Assembly: GCF_042660085.1 (NCBI RefSeq)
Contig: NZ_JBHSTI010000008.1
Span: forward strand, 1,389,876 to 1,421,875
Reading direction: 5' to 3'
Length of the DNA stretch: 32,000 nt
From: Longivirga aurantiaca
GTDB lineage: Bacteria > Actinomycetota > Actinomycetes > S36-B12 > CAIYMF01
Below are positions 1 to 8,906 of this stretch, in pieces. The first letter of the stretch is position 1. Each line of letters starts with the position of its first letter. A model generated the notes under the pieces. That model made no database searches. It saw only the letters and a program-made list of their open reading frames with translations, and was not told the DNA's origin. The position numbers and the translations under genes were made by a program.

Positions 1-2
1 TC

Positions 3-575
3 GAGACCGTGGCGCTGGCCTTCGTCGGCGACCCCGCGTGGGACTACATGTGCGGACCGGGCAACGACGTCGCCGCCCGCGCGTTCGCCACCCTGCTGTA
101 TGTCGGCCGTGCGCGCCGGGGCACCGTGTGGATCGCGGACGACGGTGCTGCGGTGTCGATGTGGGACCGCGTGGACGGCGTCCCCCTCACGGGCATGGAC
201 GACCTCTGGCACGACTTCGTGGCCGCGGCGGGCCGTGACGTGGTCGATCGCGTCGAGGCCTACGACGCCGCCATCAAGACGCTCAAGCCGTCGGCACCGT
301 TCTGGTACCTCGGCGTGCTCGCGACGCACCCCGACCACCAGGGCCGCGGGCTCGCGACCGCCGTGCTGGCGCCGGGCCTGGCCAACGCCGATGCCGAGGG
401 GTGGGACGCGTGGCTGGAGACGTCCAAGCCGGGCAACAAGGACTTCTACGCCGGGCGTGGCTTCACCGACGTGCATCCGGTCGAGATCCCGGACGGGCCG
501 CCGACCTGGTGGATCAGGCGGCCCGCCCGAGTAGGCCTCGTGCCGCGCCCGGCACCTGTCCGGCCCACGGCGTGA
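3..575 (+). CDS. GNAT family N-acetyltransferase (5'-truncated by window edge)
   Basis: Open from the window start; contains the acetyl-CoA-binding type motif LGVLATHPDHQGRGLATAVL and C-terminal YAGRGFTDV typical of GNAT proteins. Confidence 0.9.
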   Translation, partial: ETVALAFVGDPAWDYMCGPGNDVAARAFATLLYVGRARRGTVWIADDGAAVSMWDRVDGVPLTGMDDLWHDFVAAAGRDVVDRVEAYDAAIKTLKPSAPFWYLGVLATHPDHQGRGLATAVLAPGLANADAEGWDAWLETSKPGNKDFYAGRGFTDVHPVEIPDGPPTWWIRRPARVGLVPRPAPVRPTA

Positions 576-594
576 GAGCGGCTAGGCTTCGCGC

Positions 595-690
595 ATGGTC
601 ACCATGCTCATCGTCACCTTCGTCGTGCTGGTCGTCGTCCTCGTCGTCGTGGGGATCCGCATGATGAAGGGCAAGAACATCCGCGGCTGA
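595..690 (+). CDS. Putative small single-pass membrane peptide (31 aa)
   Basis: ATG at 595, TGA at 688-690: MVTMLIVTFVVLVVVLVVVGIRMMKGKNIRG; hydrophobic helix followed by a basic tail; TAGGCT (-10-like) at 583-588 immediately upstream. Confidence 0.45.
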   Translation: MVTMLIVTFVVLVVVLVVVGIRMMKGKNIRG

Positions 691-695
691 CGCCC

Positions 696-1793
696 TCAGC
701 GCGCAAGCACGTCGGCGAGGTCGTACCGCACGGGACGGTCGAGCTGCTCGTAGGTGCACGACTCCGGGGTCCGGTCGGGGCGCCAGCGCTTGAACTGCGT
801 GGTGTGCCGGAACCGGTCGCCCTCCATCGCGTCGTACCCCACCTCCACCACGAGCTCGGGACGCAGCGGCCGCCAGTCGAGCTCCTTGCCCGAGCTCCAG
901 CGCGAGACCGCGCCCGGGAGCCGCTGGCCCTCGTGCGCCGCGGCGTCGCGCCACGCCGCCCACGGGTGCACGTCGCCGTCGCCCAGCGCGTACGGCGCGA
1001 GCTCGTCGATCAGCTCGGCACGTCGAGCCATGGTGAAGGTGGCAGAGACCCCCACCGACTGCAACGAGCCGTCCTCGTCGAAGAGACCGAGCATCAGCGA
1101 GCCGACGATCTCCTGGCCCCCGGCGCCCGCCTGCTTGTGCGGCCGCCAGCCTGCGACGACGCAGTCGGCTGTGCGCGCGTGCTTCACCTTGAGCATCACG
1201 CGCTTGTCGGGCTGGTACGTCGAGGCGAGCGGCTTGCAGATGATGCCGTCGAGGCCGGCGCCCTCGAACACCTCGAACCAGCGCCGGCCCTCGTCGGCGT
1301 CCGCGCTGATGCGCGTGAGATGGACGCTGCCGCCGGCTCCTGCGAGCGCAGACTCGAGCGCCGCGCGGCGTACGCCGAAGGGCTCGCCCCTGAGGTCGTC
1401 GTCGCCGAACGCGAGCAGGTCGAAGGCCACGAACGACGCGGGCACCTCGCGCGCGAGCATCTGCACGCGGCTGTCGGCGGGATGGATGCGGGACTGCAGC
1501 GTGCCGAAGTCGAGCCGGTCGCCGGTCACCACGACGATCTCGCCGTCCACGACGCAGCGCTCGGGCAGGGCCGCGCGCAGCGCCTCGACCAGCTCGGGGA
1601 AGTAGCGCGTCATGGGCTTCTCGTTGCGGCTGCCGAGCTCTACCTCGTCGCCGTCCTTGAAGACGATGCAGCGGAAGCCGTCCCACTTGGGTTCGTAGAC
1701 GAGCCCGCCGGCGACCGAGTCGGGCAGCGGCACGCCACCGGTGACCGGCTTGGCCAGCATCGGTCTCACGGGGGGCATCACGGGCAGGCGCAT
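696..1793 (-). CDS. ligC: ATP-dependent DNA ligase (LigC/LigD ligase-domain-like)
   Basis: MRLPVMPPVRPMLAKPV start; adenylation motif EPKWDGFRCIVFKDGDEVELGSRNEKPMTRYFPEL, DGEIVV, and DGIICKPL; start chosen at ATG 1793 rather than the longer ORF. Confidence 0.85.
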   Translation of the reverse strand: MRLPVMPPVRPMLAKPVTGGVPLPDSVAGGLVYEPKWDGFRCIVFKDGDEVELGSRNEKPMTRYFPELVEALRAALPERCVVDGEIVVVTGDRLDFGTLQSRIHPADSRVQMLAREVPASFVAFDLLAFGDDDLRGEPFGVRRAALESALAGAGGSVHLTRISADADEGRRWFEVFEGAGLDGIICKPLASTYQPDKRVMLKVKHARTADCVVAGWRPHKQAGAGGQEIVGSLMLGLFDEDGSLQSVGVSATFTMARRAELIDELAPYALGDGDVHPWAAWRDAAAHEGQRLPGAVSRWSSGKELDWRPLRPELVVEVGYDAMEGDRFRHTTQFKRWRPDRTPESCTYEQLDRPVRYDLADVLAR

Positions 1794-1812
1794 CGCCCCA
1801 TCCTGCCCTCGA

Positions 1813-2574
1813 TCAGCCGGACGTGTACCTGAAGAACAACGTGCCATGGTCATCGAGCACGTGCACGAGGGAGAGCGGGCGCGGGGCGTCGGGAAGCGGC
1901 GCCCCGGCGAGGATGCGCGGTATCTCCGGGCCGTCGGCGTAGGAGCCACCGGCGAGCACCGGCGACACGGTGAGCAGGAGCTCGTCCAGCAGGTCAGCGG
2001 CGGCGAGGTCGCCGAGGAGCGAGGGACCGCCCTCGGCGTGGATCCGGACGAGACCCCGCTCGTTCAACTGGTCGACTGCCGTGCGCAGGTCGACGGTGTC
2101 GTCGCCCGCGACGAGGACGTCGGCGACCTCGGAGACCCGGCGGCGCAGGTCGGGGTCGGACGACGCGCGGGTGATCACGACCGGTCGTGATCCCGGCGTG
2201 CTGAAGAGCTCGGACGACAGGTCGAGGTGGAGCGACCCGCTCACGACCGCGATGACCGGCGCGGGTGCCTGGCCGGCGTCACGACGTCGCTCGGCGAACG
2301 ACGGCTTCTCCCGGGCGGGCCGGTAGCCCTCGGCGCGGACGGTTCCGGCACCGGCAAGGACGACGTCCGCGAGACCGCGGAGCCGTCCGAAGACCCGCTT
2401 GTCGGCCTCGCTGCTGATGGCGCCGGAGAGCCCCTCGGGCCCGCGGGCCGCGCCGTCGACCGTCGAGACCATGTTCGCCCGCAGCCACCGCTGGGGAGCC
2501 GGCCAGCCGGGCCAGGCGTAGGCGGCATCGAGGTCGGCGTCGGTCACGTCGTCGGCCGCGTGGGGCAGGAGCAT
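1813..2574 (-). CDS. RibD C-terminal domain / dihydrofolate reductase family (pyrimidine reductase-like)
   Basis: RWLRANMVSTVDGAARGPEGLSGAISSEADKRVFGRLRGLADVVLAGAGTVRAEGY ... IHAEGGPSLLGDL, characteristic of the RibD reductase domain. Start is ATG 2574 or GTG 2580. Confidence 0.85.
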   Translation of the reverse strand: MLLPHAADDVTDADLDAAYAWPGWPAPQRWLRANMVSTVDGAARGPEGLSGAISSEADKRVFGRLRGLADVVLAGAGTVRAEGYRPAREKPSFAERRRDAGQAPAPVIAVVSGSLHLDLSSELFSTPGSRPVVITRASSDPDLRRRVSEVADVLVAGDDTVDLRTAVDQLNERGLVRIHAEGGPSLLGDLAAADLLDELLLTVSPVLAGGSYADGPEIPRILAGAPLPDAPRPLSLVHVLDDHGTLFFRYTSG

Positions 2575-2627
2575 GCGCACGCGTCGATCCTCGCACCCCC
2601 CGCGGACCACCGGGGGCGGCGGACGGG

Positions 2628-2879
2628 TCAGCTCTTCGGGCGCGCGAGGAACGTGAAGAGGGCGACGATCACGGCGGCGATGAAGACCTGCAGCACGAGG
2701 ACTGCCCAGAAGCCCCAGCCCTGGGAGTTGCCGATCGCCGCGCCGATCGCCGCACCCACGAGGCCGATCAGCATCGTGAGCAGGCAGCCGGTGGGTTCGT
2801 TGTTCCGGATCACCAGGCGGGCCAGACCCCCGATGATGAGCCCGACGAAGATTCCGGAGATGATGCCGCTCGGTTCCAT
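2628..2879 (-). CDS. GlsB/YeaQ/YmgE family stress-associated membrane protein
   Basis: 83 aa, ISGIFVGLIIGGLARLVI...GCLLTMLIGLVGAAIGAAIG pattern with three predicted helices. Confidence 0.85.
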   Translation of the reverse strand: MEPSGIISGIFVGLIIGGLARLVIRNNEPTGCLLTMLIGLVGAAIGAAIGNSQGWGFWAVLVLQVFIAAVIVALFTFLARPKS

Positions 2880-2911
2880 GGCGGCATCCTGCCAGCAGCG
2901 GAGGGCGAGAG

Positions 2912-3778
2912 ATGGGCAACCCGAAGGTCCGAGGTGTGGCCGCGAGCGACGTGGTCGATGCCGTCACGTTCCGTCCGGGCGACCTGCTCGCCGACCGGTC
3001 GACGGGCGACCCCGCCACGGCGCCCGGCGACCGGGCCGAGACCGAGGCGGCGACCGCCGGGATCGTGGCCGAGCTGGCCGGGCTCCAGGAGCAGCTGTAT
3101 GCCGAGGGCGTCGGTGGTGGTCAGCGCTCGCTGCTCCTGCTGCTGCAGGGCATGGACACCTCGGGCAAGGACGGGACCGTGCGCCGGGTGGTCGGGGCCA
3201 TGAACCCGGCCGGTGTACGGATCACGTCGTTCAAGAAGCCGACGCCCGAGGAGCTCAACCACGACTTCCTGTGGCGTATCGACAAGCAGCTGCCGAGCCC
3301 CGGGGAGGTGGCCGTCTTCAACCGCTCGCAGTACGAGGACGTCCTCGTCGTCCGCGTCCACGACCTCGTGCCGGAGACCGAGTGGTCGGGGCGCTACGAC
3401 AAGATCAACGAGTTCGAGCGCCGCGTCGTCGACGCCGGAACCCACCTCATCAAGATGATGCTGCACATCTCCAAGGACGAGCAGAAGGAGCGGCTCGGCG
3501 AGCGGCTGGCCGACCCGACCAAGCACTGGAAGTACAACGCGGGCGACCTCACCGAGCGGGCGTTCTGGGAGGACTACCAGGCGGCGTACCAGGACGCGCT
3601 CACCAAGTGCAGCACCGACAGCGCCCCGTGGTACGTCGTGCCGGGCGACCGCAAGTGGTACCGCGACTGGGTCGTGGCCAACCTCCTCGTGCACGCGCTG
3701 CGCGAGATGAGCCCGCGCTACCCACCGGCCGACTTCGACGTCGCCGAGCAGAAGCGCCTGCTGGCGGCGGCCGACTGA
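2912..3778 (+). CDS. Polyphosphate kinase 2 family protein
   Basis: LLLLLQGMDTSGKDGTVRRVVGAMNP (Walker A-like), FNRSQYEDVLVVRVH, and HISKDEQKERL motifs of PPK2. Confidence 0.93.
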   Translation: MGNPKVRGVAASDVVDAVTFRPGDLLADRSTGDPATAPGDRAETEAATAGIVAELAGLQEQLYAEGVGGGQRSLLLLLQGMDTSGKDGTVRRVVGAMNPAGVRITSFKKPTPEELNHDFLWRIDKQLPSPGEVAVFNRSQYEDVLVVRVHDLVPETEWSGRYDKINEFERRVVDAGTHLIKMMLHISKDEQKERLGERLADPTKHWKYNAGDLTERAFWEDYQAAYQDALTKCSTDSAPWYVVPGDRKWYRDWVVANLLVHALREMSPRYPPADFDVAEQKRLLAAAD

Positions 3779-3833
3779 CGACGCGCGACACCGGGCTCCG
3801 CACGAGAGGCCAGCCCGGCCCTACGGTGGTGCC

Positions 3834-4886
3834 GTGACCGAGCCCGGCCCCGAGCCCGAGCAGAGCCGGCGCTCCAGCGCGTCGGCGTCGTTCTGGTCGC
3901 GCGTGGACTCGGCCTCGGCCGGCTGGACCCCTGCGCAGCGCCGCGGAGCGGCCACCCTCACGGAGTCGGTCGCGATCGGCGCCCGCGTGATGGTGTCGAC
4001 CCGCTTCACCGGCCTCGCCGCCGAGATGTCCTTCTGGGGGATCTTCGCGCTGCCGTGGGTGCTGCTCGGCGCGGTGGCCGGCCTCGCGTGGGTGCAGTCG
4101 CAGTTCGGCTTCGACCTCCTGGCCCAGGCGCAGCAGCTGATCCTGGACACGGCGTCCAAGGTGCTGACGCCCGAGGTCGTCGACGAGTTCATCGAGCCTC
4201 TCGTCGCCGAGATGTTCCAGTACGGCTCGACCGGTCTCTCGCTCGTCTCGTTCGTGATCGCGCTGTGGTCGGGGTCGCGACTGGTGGCGACGGCGGTCCA
4301 GGCCGTGGTGATCGTGTCGGGCGACAAGTACGCCGGCTACGTCCGGACCCGTGCTCGCGCGCTGCTGCTCTACGCCGCGTCGCTGCTCGTGCTGATCCCG
4401 GTGACGATCCTGATGCTGGCCGGCCCGGACCTGTTCTCGCGCTGGCTCGGCACCTCGGGGCTCTGGCTGTTCTGGGTCGGCTTCCTCGGTGCCACGAGCA
4501 TCCTGTTCGCCGCGCTGTACCACTTCTCGCTGGTGCCGAGGCGTCCGCTGCGCCGTGCCCTGCCGGGCGCGCTCGTCGCCGTCGCCGGCTGGGTGCTGGG
4601 GTCGATCGGGCTCCGCGTGTACCTCACCTACAGCTTCACGCGCGGCTCCCTCTACGGCATCGTCGGCGCGCCGATCGCGGTGATGCTCTGGGCGTACGTC
4701 ACGTCGTACGTCGTGCTGCTCGGGGCCCTGGTCAACCGGGTGATCGACGAGTGGCGCGAGCTGTCGAGCTTCCCGACCTTCGCCCAGAGCCTGCGCAGGC
4801 TGCTACGGCCGGACGACGCGCACGGTGTCGCCGCGGCGGATGACCCCGGGCCGGACGACAGCCGTGTTGATCCCGCGAAGCCGTAG
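3834..4886 (+). CDS. YihY/virulence factor BrkB family membrane protein
   Basis: Multiple hydrophobic segments, LAAEMSFWGIFALPWVLLG, GSTGLSLVSFVIALWSGSR, and YGIVGAPIAVMLWAYVTSYVVLLGALVNRVI match the BrkB pattern. GTG start. Confidence 0.88.
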   Translation: MTEPGPEPEQSRRSSASASFWSRVDSASAGWTPAQRRGAATLTESVAIGARVMVSTRFTGLAAEMSFWGIFALPWVLLGAVAGLAWVQSQFGFDLLAQAQQLILDTASKVLTPEVVDEFIEPLVAEMFQYGSTGLSLVSFVIALWSGSRLVATAVQAVVIVSGDKYAGYVRTRARALLLYAASLLVLIPVTILMLAGPDLFSRWLGTSGLWLFWVGFLGATSILFAALYHFSLVPRRPLRRALPGALVAVAGWVLGSIGLRVYLTYSFTRGSLYGIVGAPIAVMLWAYVTSYVVLLGALVNRVIDEWRELSSFPTFAQSLRRLLRPDDAHGVAAADDPGPDDSRVDPAKP

Positions 4887-5384
4887 CTGCTTCCCGTCCG
4901 GTGCGGCGGTCGCCCGGAGGGCCTCGACGCCGAACCGCTCGGAGAACTTCGCGCACCCGGTGTGCGGCGCGTCGGTGACCTCGAGGGCGGCGTCCCCGAT
5001 CTCGAGCAGCGTGCCCGCCGGGAGGTTCTCGGCGCTCAGGTCGAGGTCGACGTAGAGCTGGTCGCCGGCGAGCGGCACGCGGTCCTCGGTGCCGGCCACC
5101 AGCCGGGCGGCCCGGATGTTCATCACGGTGACCTGCGCCTGGGGGTCGGCGGAGCCGTCCGCGGTGCGCCGGCTGCCGCGCTCGATCCAGGTGTCGCCGA
5201 CGATGCCGACCGCGGTGTCGACCTCGGCCTCGTCGTGGAGCGTGCGCTCACCCACGACAGGACGCGTCACGATGAGCTCGAGCGGCCCGACGTCGGCGGG
5301 GGAGAGGCGGACGTCGTCCAGCCCGGCCTCGAGCGCATCGGCATCGCGATGGAACGGCTCGTGCTCGGGGTTCACCGGCTGCAT
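4803..5384 (-). CDS. MOSC domain-containing protein
   Basis: GTLLEIGDAALEVTDAPHTGCAKFSERFG...RLRGINTAVVRPGVIRRGDTVRVVRP is typical of MOSC domains. Confidence 0.85.
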   Translation of the reverse strand: MQPVNPEHEPFHRDADALEAGLDDVRLSPADVGPLELIVTRPVVGERTLHDEAEVDTAVGIVGDTWIERGSRRTADGSADPQAQVTVMNIRAARLVAGTEDRVPLAGDQLYVDLDLSAENLPAGTLLEIGDAALEVTDAPHTGCAKFSERFGVEALRATAAPDGKQLRLRGINTAVVRPGVIRRGDTVRVVRP

Positions 5385-5440
5385 ACGACGATCCTGCCAA
5401 ACCGGTCACCGGACGTGCGAGCCCGTTCTCGGGCGGCGCC

Positions 5441-6646
5441 TCAGGCGGTGACGGTCACCGTGTCGTAGCCGCGCAGCACGAAGGTGCTGCGCTTCACCGG
5501 GGTGCCCGTCAGCTCGAGCGATGGGAACCGCTCGGCCAGCATCGGCAGCGACTGCTGCATCTCGAGGCGCGCGAGCGGGCCGCCGAGGCAGAAGTGGATC
5601 CCGGCACCGAACGCGATGTGCGGGTTGGGGTCGCGGCCGACGTCGAACGAGTCGGCGTCGCTGAACACCTCGGGGTCGCGGTTCGCCGAGCCGAGCAGTG
5701 CGGCGATCCTCTGCCCCTCGCGGATCGTCGCCCCGCCGATCTCGACGTCGGCGAGCGCCGTGCGCTCGAACAGCGCCGACGGCGTGTCGTAGCGGAGCAT
5801 CTCCTCGACCGCCGTGGCGGCGAGGCCCCACGGGTCGGCGACGACGCGGTCCCACTGGTCGCGATGGTCCATGAGCGCGACGAGGCCGTTGCCGAACCCG
5901 TTGACGGTGGCCTCGTGCCCGGCGTTGAGCAGCAGGACGACGGTGGCGGCCAGCTCGTGCGCGGTGAGGCGCTCGCCCTCGGCCTCGACCTGGGCCAGGT
6001 GCGTGACGAGGTCGTCGCCCGGCTCCACGCGTCGACGCTCGACGAGCTCCGCGACGTATGCCGCGAACTCGCGGCAGGCCACCTCGGCGAGGCGGTCGTC
6101 CTCGGGGGTGCGGTCGTACTCGTACATCTTCACGATCGCCTGCGACCACGGGCGCAACGGGCCGATCTCGTCGTCGGGCACGCCGAGGAGATCGGCGATG
6201 ACGAGGACGGGCAGCGGCTCGGCGTAGTCGGCGATGGCGTCGAAGGAGCCGGTCTCTGCCAGCTTCGAGGCGCAGCCGTCGAGGAGGTCGGCGCACAGCT
6301 CCTGGATGCGCGGGCGGCGGGCGTCGATGTTGCCGCGGGCGAAGGCGGCGGCGACCAGGCGGCGCAGACGGGTGTGCTTGGGCGGCTCGTTCTCGAGCAG
6401 CGCGTCGGCGTGCAGCCAGTTGAAGGTCTCCCACGCGTCCTCGGGCACCCGCGCCCGCCAGACCCGGCCGAGCGAACGGTCGCGCAGCACGGCGTTGGCG
6501 TCCGCGTGGCGGAACGCGAGCCACATGCCGAGGCCGTCGTTCCAGACCGGGCGGCCCGCCGCGCGCATCTGCGCGAACGCGGGATACGGGTCGGCGACGG
6601 TGGCGGGGTCGTCGATGGAGAAGGCGGGGACGTCAGTCGCGCTCAT
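5441..6646 (-). CDS. Cytochrome P450
   Basis: NEPPKHTRLRRLVAAAF, LLNAGHEATVNGFGNG (I helix), EEMLRYD (EXXR-like region), and heme loop FGAGIHFCLGGPLARLE. Confidence 0.97.
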   Translation of the reverse strand: MSATDVPAFSIDDPATVADPYPAFAQMRAAGRPVWNDGLGMWLAFRHADANAVLRDRSLGRVWRARVPEDAWETFNWLHADALLENEPPKHTRLRRLVAAAFARGNIDARRPRIQELCADLLDGCASKLAETGSFDAIADYAEPLPVLVIADLLGVPDDEIGPLRPWSQAIVKMYEYDRTPEDDRLAEVACREFAAYVAELVERRRVEPGDDLVTHLAQVEAEGERLTAHELAATVVLLLNAGHEATVNGFGNGLVALMDHRDQWDRVVADPWGLAATAVEEMLRYDTPSALFERTALADVEIGGATIREGQRIAALLGSANRDPEVFSDADSFDVGRDPNPHIAFGAGIHFCLGGPLARLEMQQSLPMLAERFPSLELTGTPVKRSTFVLRGYDTVTVTA

Positions 6647-6684
6647 GGGTCACGACCCTAGTGCGATGCCGTGTCCCGGCCCGG

Positions 6685-8115
6685 TCAGGCGGGCTCGCCC
6701 TGGAGCCAGCGGACGGCGGTGTCCGCGGTCCAGCCGCCCGGGTGGGACGCGAGCAGGACGCGTGCGCCCACCAGGTCGTCCCCGAGAGTGATGAGCGGCA
6801 GCTCGGGCTCGCCGCCCTTGCGGACCTGCGGCAGACCGACGCTGGCGCACAGGGCGTTGCAGAGGCACACCCTGCCGTCGGTGGCCCCGGCCTCGCCGCC
6901 CTTGCGCACGAAGATCGCGGCGGGCTCCGACGCGCAGCGGTAGTCGATGTCGCCGTCGGCCTTGCGGAAGGGCTGGCGCAGGTGCCCGAGGTCGCAGACC
7001 GTCGTTCGAGCGTGGTGCAGCGCGGTGTCGGAGAGCGTGCCTTCCATCTGCACGACCTTGAAGGGGAACCCCGTCGGCGACGCGAGGGCGTCGGTGCGCA
7101 CCACGAGCGTGTCGTCGGCGATCGACTTCAGCAGTGCGTCGCGCAGGTCGTCCCGGAAGCCGGAGTCGAGCGAGAGCGCGAACAGAGTGCCCACCTGGAT
7201 GCCGGCGGCGCCGAGCTCCAGCGCCTCGCGGAGCCGCTCCGGAGTCCCGAACGAGCCTGCGAGCCAGAACGGGAGTCCGAGGTCGACCATCGCGGTCAGG
7301 TTGGCCTCGTCGCGCGGCCCGTAGACGGGCTGCCCCAGGTCGTCGACGACGAGCTTGCCGCGCGGGGGAGCATTGTGGCCGCCAGCTGTCGGCGCCTCGA
7401 TCACGAAGCCGTCCGGCCTGGTCACCTCGTCGCGGGCGAGGTAGGCCGCCAGCACGTGGCTCGAGACGATGGCGAGGAAGGTCGGCCGGGCCAGGGGCGC
7501 GAGGGTGACGCCCAGCGTGGCGACCGGGTCGAAGGCGATGACGAACTTCTCGTCGCCCGCGTCGGCGACGTCCACCGGAAGAGCCGTCGTGCCGTGCTGC
7601 GCGAGCGTGGTGAGCATCGCGGGGATGTGGGCCGGGATCCCGGCGCCCATGAGCACGGCGTCGACTCCGGCGAGCATGGCGCCGTACGCCGAGGCGGGCG
7701 TCGTCATCTGGATCTTCTCGAGGTAGTTGATGCCGACGGTGCCCGTGTGGCCCTCGCGGGCGAGCCACACCTCGACGAAGTTGGCCGCCACGATGAGCCG
7801 GTCGGCGCGCACCGAGGGGCTCAGGGACGGGCGCGACGTCGGCAGGTACGGCGCCTCCGGTGCCTTGCCGCCCTCGACGAAGTAGCGCTCGAGGATCTCG
7901 TCGGCGATCTCCGGGACGGGGAACGCGGCGAGGGCGCGGCGTACGTCGCCGTCGGGGTCGCCGTCCTGCAGGCGTCGGGCCAGCACGATGTCGAGACCGG
8001 TTCCGCTCACCACGCCCAGCCCGCCCGCGGACGCCACCGTGCGGGCGAGGTGCCAGGACGAGACGGCCACCCCCATGCCGCCCTGGATGACGCGGGGGAG
8101 GGTGGTCGGGCTCAT
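6685..8115 (-). CDS. Nitronate monooxygenase / 2-nitropropane dioxygenase-like flavoprotein
   Basis: VIQGGMGVAVSSWHLARTVASAGGLGVVSGT, GVDAVLMGAGIPAHIP, FVIEAPTAGGHNAPP, and AGIQVGTLFALS; AGGAG precedes ATG 8115. Confidence 0.88.
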   Translation of the reverse strand: MSPTTLPRVIQGGMGVAVSSWHLARTVASAGGLGVVSGTGLDIVLARRLQDGDPDGDVRRALAAFPVPEIADEILERYFVEGGKAPEAPYLPTSRPSLSPSVRADRLIVAANFVEVWLAREGHTGTVGINYLEKIQMTTPASAYGAMLAGVDAVLMGAGIPAHIPAMLTTLAQHGTTALPVDVADAGDEKFVIAFDPVATLGVTLAPLARPTFLAIVSSHVLAAYLARDEVTRPDGFVIEAPTAGGHNAPPRGKLVVDDLGQPVYGPRDEANLTAMVDLGLPFWLAGSFGTPERLREALELGAAGIQVGTLFALSLDSGFRDDLRDALLKSIADDTLVVRTDALASPTGFPFKVVQMEGTLSDTALHHARTTVCDLGHLRQPFRKADGDIDYRCASEPAAIFVRKGGEAGATDGRVCLCNALCASVGLPQVRKGGEPELPLITLGDDLVGARVLLASHPGGWTADTAVRWLQGEPA

Positions 8116-8145
8116 GCGCACTCCTGGGATCGGGCCGGCACCTTT

Positions 8146-8159
8146 CGGTTACGTTACCG
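8146..8159. promoter_or_regulatory. Candidate palindromic operator upstream of nitronate monooxygenase gene
   Basis: CGGTTACGTTACCG: 6 of 7 symmetric base pairs; sits about 31 bp upstream of the ATG on the minus strand. Confidence 0.4.
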
Positions 8160-8238
8160 TAGGTTGTGCGGCTCCCAACAGAGCGCGGCGTGCGACACGC
8201 CTGACGATCACGCTGCCGGGCGCCAGCCCGGGCGGGTG

Positions 8239-8481
8239 TCATCCCAAGAAGTGGCCCGCCTCGAGGCCCAGGACGTCCGGCGTGATCCGCCGGGGCACGT
8301 CCGGTGCCTCGCGACGCAGGTCGATCTCGGCGAGGTCGATCCAGTCATGGCCGGAGCCGGAGTAGCCCGGCACCACCTCCGGGTCGGAGAACGCCGTCTC
8401 GCCCGCCATCTCCCACAGCAGTGCGGTCTCCTCGAACGGCACGTGCACCGGCCCGGTCATCCCGCTCGCATACCTGCGCAT
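8239..8481 (-). CDS. Hypothetical protein (80 aa)
   Basis: MRRYASGMTGPVHVPFEETALLWEMAGETAFSDPEVV...; GGGGAGG ribosome-binding-site-like sequence 5 nt before ATG. Confidence 0.6.
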   Translation of the reverse strand: MRRYASGMTGPVHVPFEETALLWEMAGETAFSDPEVVPGYSGSGHDWIDLAEIDLRREAPDVPRRITPDVLGLEAGHFLG

Positions 8482-8503
8482 GGCTGCCTCCCCATCGGGT
8501 CGT

Positions 8504-8797
8504 TCACCGCGTCCACTCGCCGTCGATCCACCGCACGTCGCCCTCGAAGCACGGAGCCATGCGCGTGGACCACCAGACGTCCTGCTCGGGGTCGTCGCCC
8601 AGGGCCTCGTAGCTCGCCCGGTCGGTGAAGCGGATCGCAGCGACGACCGTCACACCGTCCGCGCCCAGGAGCACGGACTGCCCGTCGTACCCGGTGATCG
8701 CGCTGCCGCGTTCGGCCTCCCAGGCCCGGGTGATCGCCTCGACGTCGGCGAAGGGGACGGCCAGCCGGCCGATCATCACGCTGCCGTACACGTGCAC
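8504..8797 (-). CDS. Small dimeric alpha/beta-barrel-like protein (possible monooxygenase-like/DUF), function unknown
   Basis: VHVYGSVMIGRLAVPFADVEAITRAWEAERG...GVTVVAAIRFTDRASYEALGDDP...; start ambiguous (GTG 8800/8797 after GAAGGA, or ATG 8776). Confidence 0.65.
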   Translation of the reverse strand: MHVYGSVMIGRLAVPFADVEAITRAWEAERGSAITGYDGQSVLLGADGVTVVAAIRFTDRASYEALGDDPEQDVWWSTRMAPCFEGDVRWIDGEWTR

Positions 8798-8906
8798 CAC
8801 GTCCTTCGGTGCTCGGGTGGCCCCCCTGTGGTCCCTGGATACGCCTGCACGCGGTGACAGGTCCATGGTCAGTACGGGTGGTCAGCGGACGGTGACGGGA
8901 ACGCAG

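Noticed and set aside
6661-8628. 655-aa plus-strand ORF
   Set aside because: Runs antisense to the nitronate monooxygenase and small ORFs; no recognisable protein signature.
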